A model generated the notes under the pieces. That model was not told where the DNA came from. It worked only from the letters and a program-made list of their open reading frames with translations, and made no database searches. Below, piece after piece: positions 30,856-40,551 of a DNA stretch of 64,000 nucleotides (its first letter is position 1; every line of letters starts with the position of its first letter). The stretch is taken from the NCBI GenBank assembly GCA_964494945.1, contig CAZBTX010000004.1, positions 27,385 to 91,384 of the forward strand. The letters are read 5' to 3'. The DNA is from an uncultured Candidatus Saccharibacteria bacterium (lineage in GTDB: Bacteria > Patescibacteriota > Minisyncoccia > Sungbacterales > JACQCQ01). A program made the translations under genes and the position numbers.

Positions 30856-31049
30856 TGCGGCTTCGCACCATACGTGAAATGAGATCCACCTCGGGCAGAA
30901 AACTCACGTATTTTTTAATGAAGCTCGAGGATTCCATAAATATAGACAATCCGATTGATTTTGAGTTGGCAGGGCTTATTCTGCGGCGTCGCCTCGGGGA
31001 CGCATCCTGGAAAACCGGGAGGTCTCTTTTGCGGTTCTATAAAATATAG
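30847..31049 (+). pseudogene. Remnant 3' fragment of a second cytidylyltransferase gene (~85% nt identity to 26395-26540)
   Basis: The remnant translates as DVMRLRTIREMRSTSGRKLTYFLMKLEDSINIDNPIDFELA. This parallels the intact gene's DVMRLRTVREMKSTSGKKLAYFFMKPEDSINIDTPVDFELA. Confidence 0.75.
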
Positions 31050-31108
31050 GCCCGTATTGACGTTTTTGTGGTTTAAGGGTACTAATAGCAAGTATTTAGA
31101 ACTATCGG

Positions 31109-32698
31109 ATGGGTGACCACGCGATGCAGTCAACACTAGGGAACAAAGGAAAATTTGACTTCAACGGCCTTTTTACCTTTGAGATGGCGAACAACCATCA
31201 GGGGTCGGTGGAGCACGGAAAACGCATCATCCAGGAGATGGCGGCTTTGGCGCGAAAACACGGTGTTCGCGCCGCGGTTAAACTCCAATTCAGGGACTTG
31301 GATACCTTTATTCATCCCGATTACCGCGAGAGCACCGAAAATAAGCACATTCAGCGTTTTCTTTCTACGCGGCTTTCGGAGGATGAATTCGGTGAACTTT
31401 TGGCGGAAATAAAAAGCCACGGACTGCTTACGATGGTAACGCCCTTTGACGAAGCGTCCGTGGACGCGATTGAGCGTCTGGGCGCGGATATCATAAAGAT
31501 AGGCAGTTCATCGGCGCATGATTGGCCACTGCTTGAAAGAATTGCCGATACGGGAAAGCCGGTGATTTGCTCCACCGGGGGTTTAATGATCCGTGATATT
31601 GACAGAGTTGTCTCGTTTTTTCAGCACCGCGGCGTGCATTTTGCCATAATGTACTGTGTTTCCATGTACCCGACGCCGAATAATAAACTTCATTTGAATC
31701 AAATTGCCATCATGCGCAATCGTTATCCGGACATAACGGTTGGATGGTCCACGCACGAAAGCCCGTCGGATACCCATACGGTGCGCCTGGCTTACGCCAA
31801 GGGCGCCAGGATATTTGAAAAACACGTGGGAGTGCCGACGGATGAGATTAAATTGAATGCTTACTCCGCAACACCCGAAGAAGCAGACGCCTGGGTCGCG
31901 GCTTATAAGGAAGCGGTTGAGGCCTGCGGTGATAACGCGGAACGCGAAATTGATGAGAAAGAAACAGCCGATTTGAAGTCCCTGATGCGCGGAGTTTACG
32001 CCAAAAAGGAAATTAAAGCCGGTGAGCCGATAAAACGCTCGGACGTATTTTTCGCCATGCCGATAATGGAGGGGCAATTAACCAGTGGCAAATGGAAAGA
32101 GGGGCTTTTGGCTGACCGCGATTATCACGTTCACAAACCCGTAAGCGAGCGCATTTACCCCAATCATAAAAGTAAGAAAGAAATAATTTACTCCACCATA
32201 CACGCCGTAAAGGGCATGCTGAATACCGCGCGCATCCCGCTGGGGCATGATTTTTCCGTGGAGATCTCGCATCACTACGGCGTGGAAAACCTGCATAAGA
32301 TAGGATGCCTTTTGATAGAATGCATTAACCGCGAATACGCCAAGAAGATAATTGTCCAGTTGCCGGGACAGTGGAACCCGGTGCACTACCATAAGAAAAA
32401 GGATGAAACGTTCCAACTGCTTTACGGCGAGTTGTATGTGGAAATTGAAGGCAAAAAGAAAATGCTCTATCCCGGCGATTCGCTTTGGGTTCCTCGTGGC
32501 GTTTGGCACTCTTTCGGTACGGCGACTGGAGCCATCTTTGAAGAAATTTCCACCGCGAGTTTCAACGACGATTCATTTTATGTTGACCGCGAGATAGCCA
32601 AAATGGCTAGGGACGACAGGAAGACCCGGCTCCAAAATTGGGGTCGGCATCAGTTTGATGAGGTTAAAGAAGAAGAGCTAGCTAAGAGTTTGCGCTGA
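31109..32698 (+). CDS. NeuB-family nonulosonic acid synthase fused to C-terminal cupin domain
   Basis: It carries FEMANNHQGS and has the NeuB TIM-barrel length. The C-terminus carries the cupin signature HYH...LYPGDSLWVPRGVWHSF. Confidence 0.7.
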   Translation: MGDHAMQSTLGNKGKFDFNGLFTFEMANNHQGSVEHGKRIIQEMAALARKHGVRAAVKLQFRDLDTFIHPDYRESTENKHIQRFLSTRLSEDEFGELLAEIKSHGLLTMVTPFDEASVDAIERLGADIIKIGSSSAHDWPLLERIADTGKPVICSTGGLMIRDIDRVVSFFQHRGVHFAIMYCVSMYPTPNNKLHLNQIAIMRNRYPDITVGWSTHESPSDTHTVRLAYAKGARIFEKHVGVPTDEIKLNAYSATPEEADAWVAAYKEAVEACGDNAEREIDEKETADLKSLMRGVYAKKEIKAGEPIKRSDVFFAMPIMEGQLTSGKWKEGLLADRDYHVHKPVSERIYPNHKSKKEIIYSTIHAVKGMLNTARIPLGHDFSVEISHHYGVENLHKIGCLLIECINREYAKKIIVQLPGQWNPVHYHKKKDETFQLLYGELYVEIEGKKKMLYPGDSLWVPRGVWHSFGTATGAIFEEISTASFNDDSFYVDREIAKMARDDRKTRLQNWGRHQFDEVKEEELAKSLR

Positions 32699-32757
32699 AA
32701 CGCCGAACTTTTTGCTTGCTCTTTTTCAGGTATGCGAAACCAAAGGAGACAACTCTC

Positions 32758-33402
32758 ATGATAAAAGTAGTGGTGTTTGACTTCGACGACACGCTGGTTC
32801 GCGGGACGGAGTGGAAGAAACAAACCGCGTTTTGGAGTATATTCTGCGACATTCCCGGCGCGGAGGATAAAGCACGGGCGTTCACGATAGAACACCCGGG
32901 CACGGGTCGTCTGGACATGATAACTGGCATTCTGGCGGAACTGGAGCGTTTCGGCATTTTGGACGGCCCCGCTTCGGCAGAATACTATCTAGCGCGCTAT
33001 ACTAAGGCGGCAGAAGACCTACAATCGGCTGCGCCGGCGACGCCGGGTGCCGAAAAAGCGCTTGATGACCTGGTTCGGGCAGGCATCTTGGTCGCTTTGA
33101 ATTCCGCGACGCCCCAGGAGGCGATAGAGCGAGTGCTGGAGATTCGGGGCTGGCGGCATAAATTTGCGGCAGTATGCGGTGCCCCACCCGGCACCAAGAT
33201 GGAGAATCTCGGCAAGATTCTGGCACTCCTCGGCGTTCAAGGACACGAGACCGCGGTTGTCGGAGACGGGCAATCGGACTTGGACGCGGCGATGCGGCAC
33301 GACTGCCGTTTTGTAGCCATTCGCGGCGGGTTATCTCGTTTCGGCCGTAAGGATATGATGATACTGGACGACCTTAACGGCCTCCTGACGGCGTTGGATT
33401 AA
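32758..33402 (+). CDS. HAD-superfamily hydrolase/phosphatase
   Basis: It carries VVVFDFDDTLV, motif I. The start was chosen at MIKVVV. Confidence 0.65.
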   Translation: MIKVVVFDFDDTLVRGTEWKKQTAFWSIFCDIPGAEDKARAFTIEHPGTGRLDMITGILAELERFGILDGPASAEYYLARYTKAAEDLQSAAPATPGAEKALDDLVRAGILVALNSATPQEAIERVLEIRGWRHKFAAVCGAPPGTKMENLGKILALLGVQGHETAVVGDGQSDLDAAMRHDCRFVAIRGGLSRFGRKDMMILDDLNGLLTALD

Positions 33403-33405
33403 GGA

Positions 33406-33445
33406 CGGCCCGCCCCGATGACCATCGGGGCGGGCTACAAAATTT
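33406..33445 (+). terminator. GC hairpin GCCCGCCCCGAT-GACC-ATCGGGGCGGGC followed by A/T-rich tract
   Basis: It is a perfect 12-bp stem. Confidence 0.5.
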
Positions 33446-33483
33446 TAATGATATAATCATTCAATATTCGGTCTATTTACTTT

Positions 33484-34542
33484 ATGAAAATAAAAATAAT
33501 CGGAGCGGGTTCCATAGGCAATCATTTAGCCCAGGCCTCTCGCAGGATGGGCTGGGACGTAGTGGTTGTGGATAAAGACTCGGAAGCGCTTCGGCGCATG
33601 AAAGAGGATATTTATCCGAAGCGTTACGGCGCTTGGGATGAGACCATTCAGCTTTTTACAAGCGATAAAGAACCTAGGGGTGGATTTGACATAATAGCGA
33701 TAGGCACGCCGCCGGATGCGCGGATGAAGCTGGCGCTGGCCGCACTTCGCGAAGAACCTAAAATACTGCAACTGGAAAAACCGCTTTGTCCTCCAACTCT
33801 GGATGGTCTTCAGGAATTTCTTGATGCAGCGGCAAAGCAACCGGAAACGGTGGTAATTGTAGGGTATGACCACGCAGTTGCCGAATCTATCGGCGAGGTG
33901 GTAAGTATTTTGACAGAAAAAAAGATAGGCGAAGTGGAAACGCTGGATGTTGAGTTCCGGGAACACTGGGGCGGTATTTTTGCCGCACATCCATGGCTTA
34001 GCGGTCCGCAAGATTCATATCTCGGTTTTTGGAAGCGGGGAGGGGGTGCGGGCGGAGAACATTCACACGCGTTGCATCTTTGGCAGTTTCTTGCTGGAAA
34101 AGCTGGGATTGGCGCTTGGAAGAAAATGGGGGTTTCCATGGAGATAAAAACCGATGGCGGCACCGAATATGATTCGGTTTCGGCATTTCTCGTAAACACC
34201 GACAAGGGGAAAGTCGGACGGATAGTGCAGGATGTGGTTACCAAACCAGTGCGGAAATGGATGCGAGCCCAGGGCAGTAACGGGTTCGTTGAGTGGTTTT
34301 GCGGTGGGGTACCCGAAGGAGATCTAGTCAGGTTCTCACTCAGTGGGGGAGAGGTCTCGGAAAAGGTATTCCCCAAAAAACGTCCTGACGATTTTTATCG
34401 TGAGATGCTTCATATGCAGGATATTCTTGATGGTAAAATTAAAGCATCGGAGTCGCCGCTTTCGCTTGATAGCGCTTTATCGGTAATAAAAATATTAAAC
34501 AAGGCCTATCAAGCGCGGTCAGGTACTTTCGAGGTTCTCTAG
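33484..34542 (+). CDS. Gfo/Idh/MocA-family NAD(P)-dependent oxidoreductase
   Basis: It has the Rossmann motif IIGAGSIGNH and the EKPL motif. Confidence 0.6.
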   Translation: MKIKIIGAGSIGNHLAQASRRMGWDVVVVDKDSEALRRMKEDIYPKRYGAWDETIQLFTSDKEPRGGFDIIAIGTPPDARMKLALAALREEPKILQLEKPLCPPTLDGLQEFLDAAAKQPETVVIVGYDHAVAESIGEVVSILTEKKIGEVETLDVEFREHWGGIFAAHPWLSGPQDSYLGFWKRGGGAGGEHSHALHLWQFLAGKAGIGAWKKMGVSMEIKTDGGTEYDSVSAFLVNTDKGKVGRIVQDVVTKPVRKWMRAQGSNGFVEWFCGGVPEGDLVRFSLSGGEVSEKVFPKKRPDDFYREMLHMQDILDGKIKASESPLSLDSALSVIKILNKAYQARSGTFEVL

Positions 34543-34675
34543 CATGCGAGGTTCTCTAGCACGGAAGAAAAAACCATCTTCATAACGGAGCCGCATTTGA
34601 ATGGACTGACTTGGCTACGCGTTACGAAAGATTTACTTATTTGCCTTTTCCCCATCAATTCGTAGAATAGGTCTT

Positions 34676-36928
34676 ATGCGTTTACAAGACCTTGAGCGGT
34701 ATCTCTCAAATACAATTAAAACGGGATTGTATTTTATTTTGCCGTTGCCGCTATATATTTCCACCTCCATGCTCTTCCCGTTCATTACGGGAAGGAATTT
34801 TGCTTTTAGGATAATAATTGAAATTCTGGCTATTGCCTGGGTTGGACTGCTTGTAATGTCCCGCGAATACCGGCCGCGCTTAACGCCGCTCGTGAAAGCG
34901 GTGATCGTACTCCTTTTTATCGTGACACTCGCGGACATTTTAGGGGTCAATCCCTACCGCAGTTTTTGGTCCAATTACGAACGCATGGAGGGACTTCTGG
35001 GACTGATCCATATGGTTCTTTTCTTCCTGATCGCCGCGTCCATGTTCCGCAAGGTTTCTGATTGGAGATTGTACCTTTACGGTTCCTCTATTGTAAGCGT
35101 CTTCGTCGCGCTTACGGCACTTTTCCAGAACCTCGGCCTTGCCCGATCATACCAAGGGGGTGTGCGCGTTGACGGGACCATAGGCAATCCGGCCTACCTC
35201 GCGTCTTACCTGATGTTCCATGTGTTCTTCCTGCTTTTTCTGGCGTACCGCGAAAGACGTTCCTGGCTTCGCTGGGCGGCAATAAGCGCGGCGGTTTTTG
35301 AACTCGTCATTATTTATCTGACCGCGACTAGAGGCGTGATACTTGCCATGGGCGGCGTGGCGGCTCTCGTAGCGATCTTTTTCGCATTTAAGAGACCGGC
35401 TGAACCAAGAGGGCGCGTAGTCCGCGACATTTCTATGGGGATACTTGCAGTCGGCATTGCGGTTGCCGCCGGTTTTTTCCTTTTGAGAAGTACCGCTTTC
35501 GTAAAAGAAAATCCGGTCCTCGCGCGTTTTGCTTCACTTTCTTCCAGTGAGCGCACTGTGCAGTCGCGCATTATGATCTGGAAAATCGCCTGGCAGGGAG
35601 TCAAGGAACGTCCGATTCTCGGGTGGGGTCAGGAGAATTTCTACGCTGCTTTCAATAAATATTTTGACCCCAAGCTCTGGAACAGCGAGCCCTGGTTTGA
35701 TAGGTCGCATAATTTCTTTTTTGACTGGTTGATACACGCCGGCGTCTTGGGACTGGCCGCATATCTCACGGTTATCGGCGTTGGAGTGTTAAATATCAAG
35801 CGAGCTTGGATGAAAGGTAACTTTGCCTCTTTGGAAGGAGGCCTGCTTGTGGGGCTTTCGGCCGCTTATCTCGCGCAGAATTTTTTCGTGTTTGATAATT
35901 TCCAAAGCTACTTTTTTCTCTTTACGCTGTTAGGTTTCTCTGATTTTATGGCTCATCGCGTTTCGCCCGGGGAAGCAAATCGATCAAACCGAGAACCGGC
36001 TCCCCTCAAGGATGTTGGCCGCGTATGGATTCTCATGGGCGGCACGGGAATTTTCATTTTGGCTTCGCTTTATTATTTCAATCTGAAACCGATACTGGCG
36101 TCGCGCGAGATAATTCAAGGCCTTAGCCAAGCGAATCCCCGGATTCTTCCTGAAGTGCAAAGGCATTTTGAGAATGCATTGAGCTATGAGACCTTCGGTA
36201 GCGGCGAAGCCCGGGAACAACTTGCTTCGCTTTCCAGGGTATTCGTTGCGCGCCCACCCCAAGTAAGCGCGGAGGATTACGGGCGCTATGTTGAATTCAC
36301 GGTGCGCGAAGTGGAAAAATTGGCGGTGACTCCCGCAGCTGACGCCAAGTATTTTCTCTTTTTAGGGTCAATCTACAATAACTATCTTGGATTAAATGGC
36401 GATTACGCCCGCCGTGCGGTTGACGCGCTGGAGTCCGGAATAAAGCTTTCTCCGAATAAACAGCAGTTATATTTTGAGTTGGCCTCGGTTTATCTGTCAG
36501 TTGGCCAACCCGCCCGGGCGCTTGAACTTATGCAAAAGGCGGTTGAGCTTGACCCGACATTTCACGGCGCCCAGCTCAATCTGGCCGTTACGGCTATAGT
36601 CGCTAAAAAGAAGGACATTGCCGACAAGGCGCTTGCGGAATACCGCCGGCTGATTCCGGCCGTAGATGTCCCATCTATCCAGCGTCTTATCCAGGCCTAT
36701 TCCAGCGCTAATGACGTGGTGAGCATCAAGCCACTAATTGAAGAAGCACTTAAGCTTGAGCCGCGAAACGGCGCGTTATATGGCCAATACGCCGCCGTTT
36801 TGTATGCCCTTGGAGACCGTGAAGGGGCGAGGGCCGCAGCTCGCCAGGCAGGCGAGCTCGCTCCTGAACTCAAAGCGGAAGCGGAGCGGTTCATTAAAGA
36901 ACTTGATTCCGGCAAACCCTTGCGTTAG
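34676..36928 (+). CDS. O-antigen ligase/polymerase-like (Wzy_C) membrane protein with C-terminal TPR repeats
   Basis: It is polytopic. The Wzy_C-like loop with RSHN/FDWLIHAG and the TPR-like C-terminus support the call. Confidence 0.55.
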   Translation: MRLQDLERYLSNTIKTGLYFILPLPLYISTSMLFPFITGRNFAFRIIIEILAIAWVGLLVMSREYRPRLTPLVKAVIVLLFIVTLADILGVNPYRSFWSNYERMEGLLGLIHMVLFFLIAASMFRKVSDWRLYLYGSSIVSVFVALTALFQNLGLARSYQGGVRVDGTIGNPAYLASYLMFHVFFLLFLAYRERRSWLRWAAISAAVFELVIIYLTATRGVILAMGGVAALVAIFFAFKRPAEPRGRVVRDISMGILAVGIAVAAGFFLLRSTAFVKENPVLARFASLSSSERTVQSRIMIWKIAWQGVKERPILGWGQENFYAAFNKYFDPKLWNSEPWFDRSHNFFFDWLIHAGVLGLAAYLTVIGVGVLNIKRAWMKGNFASLEGGLLVGLSAAYLAQNFFVFDNFQSYFFLFTLLGFSDFMAHRVSPGEANRSNREPAPLKDVGRVWILMGGTGIFILASLYYFNLKPILASREIIQGLSQANPRILPEVQRHFENALSYETFGSGEAREQLASLSRVFVARPPQVSAEDYGRYVEFTVREVEKLAVTPAADAKYFLFLGSIYNNYLGLNGDYARRAVDALESGIKLSPNKQQLYFELASVYLSVGQPARALELMQKAVELDPTFHGAQLNLAVTAIVAKKKDIADKALAEYRRLIPAVDVPSIQRLIQAYSSANDVVSIKPLIEEALKLEPRNGALYGQYAAVLYALGDREGARAAARQAGELAPELKAEAERFIKELDSGKPLR

Positions 36929-38352
36929 CGTCCGCGCCTTCCCAATATAGAGAATACGGTGCGCAATGCTATCAAAAGGTCTAAGATCAAAGAGCGGTTC
37001 TTGATGTAATAAAGGTCGTACTGCATCTTTTCCGGCGCGTCATCCACCGCGGCATCATTTTCCATATTGATCTGCGCCCAACCCGTAATACCGGGTTTTA
37101 CCAGAAGGCGCATTTCGTAAAATGGTACTTTCTCTTTTAATTTTTCAACATACTGCGGGCGTTCCGGCCGCGGGCCGACAAACGACATTTCCCCCTTTAA
37201 TACGTTCCATACCTGCCCCAGCTCATCCAGATATGACTTTCGCATAAAAGTGCCGAAAGCGTACTGGCGCGGGTCATTTATGGCTTCTTTGGTCTCGTTC
37301 ATAGCTGCGCTTAGGCGCTCCGCCCCCAGTACCTGGCTTCTGAATTTAACAAAATTGAAAATTCGTCCGTTCTTACCCACGCGTTCCTGACGAAAGAAAA
37401 ATATGCCGTCTCCCGGACGCGCACGTTTTTGTTTGTAGCGTAAAATATCTCTGGGATTTGAAATAAATATTCCGAGAGCAATCAAGGGAAAAAGAATAAG
37501 AGCCAACGCGCCAACCGCAACACTGAACAGAATATCAAGAACGCGCTTGAAGAATTCATATCTGGTATTTCTACCGCCTATCAGATTTTCTAAGAACCAA
37601 ACTTCTTCTATCAAATAAAGAGAAATTTTCCCCGTCAGCATTTCATGAAAAGACGGAAATTCCACGATGTTCACCCCCATGGGAACCACTTGGAATAAGG
37701 ACTTCACTAATTCCCGGTTCTCTTTCATGACCGGCGAGATGACAACCGTATTGGCTTTCGTGTCTTGGACTATCTTCAGGAAATTTTGCTGACTCAACGA
37801 GATAACGGGTAGCGGCAAGTCCCCGATGCTATTTGACCCGCCATTAACTATAAAAGCTGCGGGTTTTTGCCCGAGTTGCGGATTTTTCAGAAGATATTCG
37901 GCAAGATCCACGGTCTCTTGGTTGGCGCCAAAAAATATAACGCGGTCAGCTGGAGCTCTAATCACGAGGGCATTAAAGCAGTATCGCCAGGTGGCCATGA
38001 GAATTGTTGATATCAGAGTAATCATTAAAAGATTGCGCCGCGGTTCAATTTCAAATATCGGTAGCGACGAATAGAGTATCAAAACGGCTACTAGAGTATT
38101 GATGATACCCACCCATATCAGGCGGTAGAGGAATATTTTACTGTTTTTTATGAAACGGAGGTCATAAAGCCCGAAAGCGCCGAAAAACACGGCCCAGGCA
38201 AAAAACACAATACTGAAGGGTACGGCGTGAAGCTCTAAAAGCTCCAATATGTCTTCTGTGGGGTAATAGCGGAAAAAAAGCGTAAGCCAAAGCGTCCCGT
38301 ACCAGATGATAAGGTCTCCCGCCAACAGAATGAGAACTTTGCCTCGTTGTTT
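36925..38352 (-). CDS. Polyprenyl-phosphate hexose-1-phosphate transferase (bacterial sugar transferase, WbaP/PglC family)
   Basis: It carries the conserved C-terminal domain LLVKPGITGWAQI and has N-terminal TM helices. Confidence 0.8.
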   Translation of the reverse strand, partial: KQRGKVLILLAGDLIIWYGTLWLTLFFRYYPTEDILELLELHAVPFSIVFFAWAVFFGAFGLYDLRFIKNSKIFLYRLIWVGIINTLVAVLILYSSLPIFEIEPRRNLLMITLISTILMATWRYCFNALVIRAPADRVIFFGANQETVDLAEYLLKNPQLGQKPAAFIVNGGSNSIGDLPLPVISLSQQNFLKIVQDTKANTVVISPVMKENRELVKSLFQVVPMGVNIVEFPSFHEMLTGKISLYLIEEVWFLENLIGGRNTRYEFFKRVLDILFSVAVGALALILFPLIALGIFISNPRDILRYKQKRARPGDGIFFFRQERVGKNGRIFNFVKFRSQVLGAERLSAAMNETKEAINDPRQYAFGTFMRKSYLDELGQVWNVLKGEMSFVGPRPERPQYVEKLKEKVPFYEMRLLVKPGITGWAQINMENDAAVDDAPEKMQYDLYYIKNRSLILDLLIALRTVFSILGRRGR

Positions 38353-38371
38353 CATATATATCAAGTTAGTA

Positions 38372-39538
38372 TCAGTTAGATACTTCCCTGTAAAGGCGGC
38401 GAGTTTCTTCAATCATAGCGTTTATATTGAATAATTTTTCAACGCGATACCTCGCATTTTTTGCCAAATTATCACGGAGCTGACCATCCTCCGCTAGTTT
38501 TCGTATGGCTGCCGCAAGCATTTCCGGGTCTTTCGGCGCAACAAGAATACCCGATTCATTTTGAACCAAGAGATCAGGGATTCCGCCAATATTGGTTGCA
38601 ATAATGGGAAGTCCCGCTGCCATAGCTTCCATAATAACGTAGGGCAGACCCTCTTTTACGGAAGTCAGAATAAAACAGTCAAGCCCCCTTAAGAGGCGCC
38701 AAGCATCCTTCACAAACCCGGTCAAGAAAACCTTATGAGCAGCGTCCAGTTCTTCTATTAATTTTCTTAAGCGGGTCTCATCCTCACCGCCTCCGATAAT
38801 GATGGAAACGGCGTTTTGGGGCAGTTTAGCGGCGGCCCGTATCAGTGTCGGCAGGTCTTTGTTCGCGGTCAGTTCCGTGATAGTCCCGATTATAAAAGGA
38901 GTGTCGTAAAAACTTGCTAAGTCGCGCAGTTCCTTTCTCGCGATGGTACGCTCTACGAAATTTCCGTATTCTCCAATGCCGTTCGGTATCAATGTGAATT
39001 TCCGTTTAGCGATGAAGGGAAAATCTTGGGCCGCCAGATAATCGCGATGAGTAATGACAATGACCTTGTGGGTGAATACCGCGGTAAACCATGAAAAAAA
39101 CCATATGATAGTTCTTGCGACAGTGTTCCTATCTTCGAAGAACGACCAGCCATGTATAGTGACGACTATTTTTGGCACGCCTAGAATCCGTCCCGCCAGT
39201 GCTCCCAGCCCCGCCATTTTGGGGCTATTTAGGTGAAGAATATCCGGCCGCTCGCTTCGTAAAATTGAGATAAGTCGTTTAAGGATTAGAAGCTCACCCA
39301 GCCATCTGATATCACGCCTCATGCCGGAGATAATAATTACTCGTATACCAATGGCCTTGAGGCGTTCAGCGAGTAACCCGGACTCGCCAGCGACGAGAAC
39401 GACATCAAATTGGTTTTTAGCAAGATGCGTCGCCAGATCAAAACAATAGCGCTGCGCGCCGCCCCAGGTGGCCTTGGTAATACCTATGACAACTTTTTTT
39501 CTGCGTTTTGAGTTAGTATCTTCTATTTCCGTCGGCAT
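38372..39538 (-). CDS. Glycosyltransferase family 4 (GT-B)
   Basis: It carries EGLPYVIMEAMAAGLPIIATNIGG. Confidence 0.7.
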   Translation of the reverse strand: MPTEIEDTNSKRRKKVVIGITKATWGGAQRYCFDLATHLAKNQFDVVLVAGESGLLAERLKAIGIRVIIISGMRRDIRWLGELLILKRLISILRSERPDILHLNSPKMAGLGALAGRILGVPKIVVTIHGWSFFEDRNTVARTIIWFFSWFTAVFTHKVIVITHRDYLAAQDFPFIAKRKFTLIPNGIGEYGNFVERTIARKELRDLASFYDTPFIIGTITELTANKDLPTLIRAAAKLPQNAVSIIIGGGEDETRLRKLIEELDAAHKVFLTGFVKDAWRLLRGLDCFILTSVKEGLPYVIMEAMAAGLPIIATNIGGIPDLLVQNESGILVAPKDPEMLAAAIRKLAEDGQLRDNLAKNARYRVEKLFNINAMIEETRRLYREVSN

Positions 39539-39639
39539 AGTCGGATTCTATCACATTCATAATATATAACTCTAAAATAACCGCCGTAGTTCCTTTCGCC
39601 AGATTTTGATTTTTATTGCCGCGATTCCAAGAATTCTAT

Positions 39640-39661
39640 AAGTTTGAGTTATCCACACTTG
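39640..39661. promoter_or_regulatory. Repeated 22-bp motif AAGTTTGAGTTATCCACACTTG containing a consensus DnaA box (TTATCCACA)
   Basis: A second copy lies at 41142-41163 with one mismatch. Confidence 0.5.
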
Positions 39662-39814
39662 CTTCTCAAATCAAATTTCAGTACGATAGAAGTAATTCTA
39701 TTAAGGATTAGGAACGGATTTTATTTCCGAATCGTATTAAGAGCATATGCGGTGGTCGGCATATGCTCGCGTCCCTAGCGACGGGTTAACTTAGAATTAA
39801 TTTAGAATATTATC

Positions 39815-39874
39815 ATGGCAAAGAGAAGAAAGGCGTCCAAGAAGGCCAGAAAGGGCGGCAAGAGGCGAAGATAA
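39815..39874 (+). CDS. Candidate 19-aa Lys/Arg-rich peptide MAKRRKASKKARKGGKRRR followed by a perfect hairpin
   Basis: The ORF was read directly from the sequence. The hairpin AGAAACACCCCC-GCTA-GCGGGGGTGTTTCT lies at 39888-39921. No clear Shine-Dalgarno sequence is present. Confidence 0.25.
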   Translation: MAKRRKASKKARKGGKRRR

Positions 39875-39972
39875 GCCGATTCCCACTATAGAAACACCCC
39901 CGCTAGCGGGGGTGTTTCTATATACGAGGGTTCATAAATTAGCTATATTTAAGTTAATCTAGTTGGTTTTTT

Positions 39973-40094
39973 AACGGCATGATCCCGTTAGAAGCCGCGA
40001 TTGCGAAAGATAGGTTAAAAGTATGTCAATTTTTTCATTTAATATTCTATAAAGCAGAAAATGCGTTTGATCGTGATCTGCTTCTAACGGGATG
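39973..40094. repeat. Palindromic TIR element copy A (ATCCCGTTAGAAGC ... GCTTCTAACGGGAT), hpf ATG inside right arm
   Basis: The 14-bp perfect terminal inverted repeats at 39982-39995 and 40080-40093 were verified. Confidence 0.75.
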
Positions 40095-40505
40095 AGATAC
40101 CAAATTCGTTATACAAAAGTTGACCCCTCGCCGGCGCTCACCGACTATATTGAGAAAAAAATTGTTGATGCCCTACAAAGATTGATCGGCGGGACGGGAG
40201 AGACGCCTTGGCAGATCTTGATAGAAGTGGGGCGCGATACCCTGCATCACAAAAAGGGCAATGTTTGGTTTGCTGAAGTATCCGGCGCCGGTCCTTATGG
40301 GCCACTCCGCGTTCGGGCCGAGGGGTCCGATATACATGAAGCGATTGATATTGCCGAAGACGACTTAAAGGCCAACCTTTCCAAATTAAAAGGCAGAATT
40401 GTCGCTAAGGGTCTGCGTGCCGCGCGCCGGGTGAAACGCATTATGCGCCTTTCGCGCTTCGCTCGTTTTTTCCGCAAAGGCAGAATTCGCGAAGAGGGCA
40501 TCTAA
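40092..40505 (+). CDS. hpf: Ribosome hibernation promoting factor / RaiA (S30EA family)
   Basis: It carries ALTDYIEKK and HEAIDIAEDDL..L.KLK, typical of the S30EA family. Confidence 0.65.
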   Translation: MRYQIRYTKVDPSPALTDYIEKKIVDALQRLIGGTGETPWQILIEVGRDTLHHKKGNVWFAEVSGAGPYGPLRVRAEGSDIHEAIDIAEDDLKANLSKLKGRIVAKGLRAARRVKRIMRLSRFARFFRKGRIREEGI

Positions 40506-40551
40506 TTTCCATATTCTTATAAAATTGCGTATCATGCCCTAATGAAAGGAG

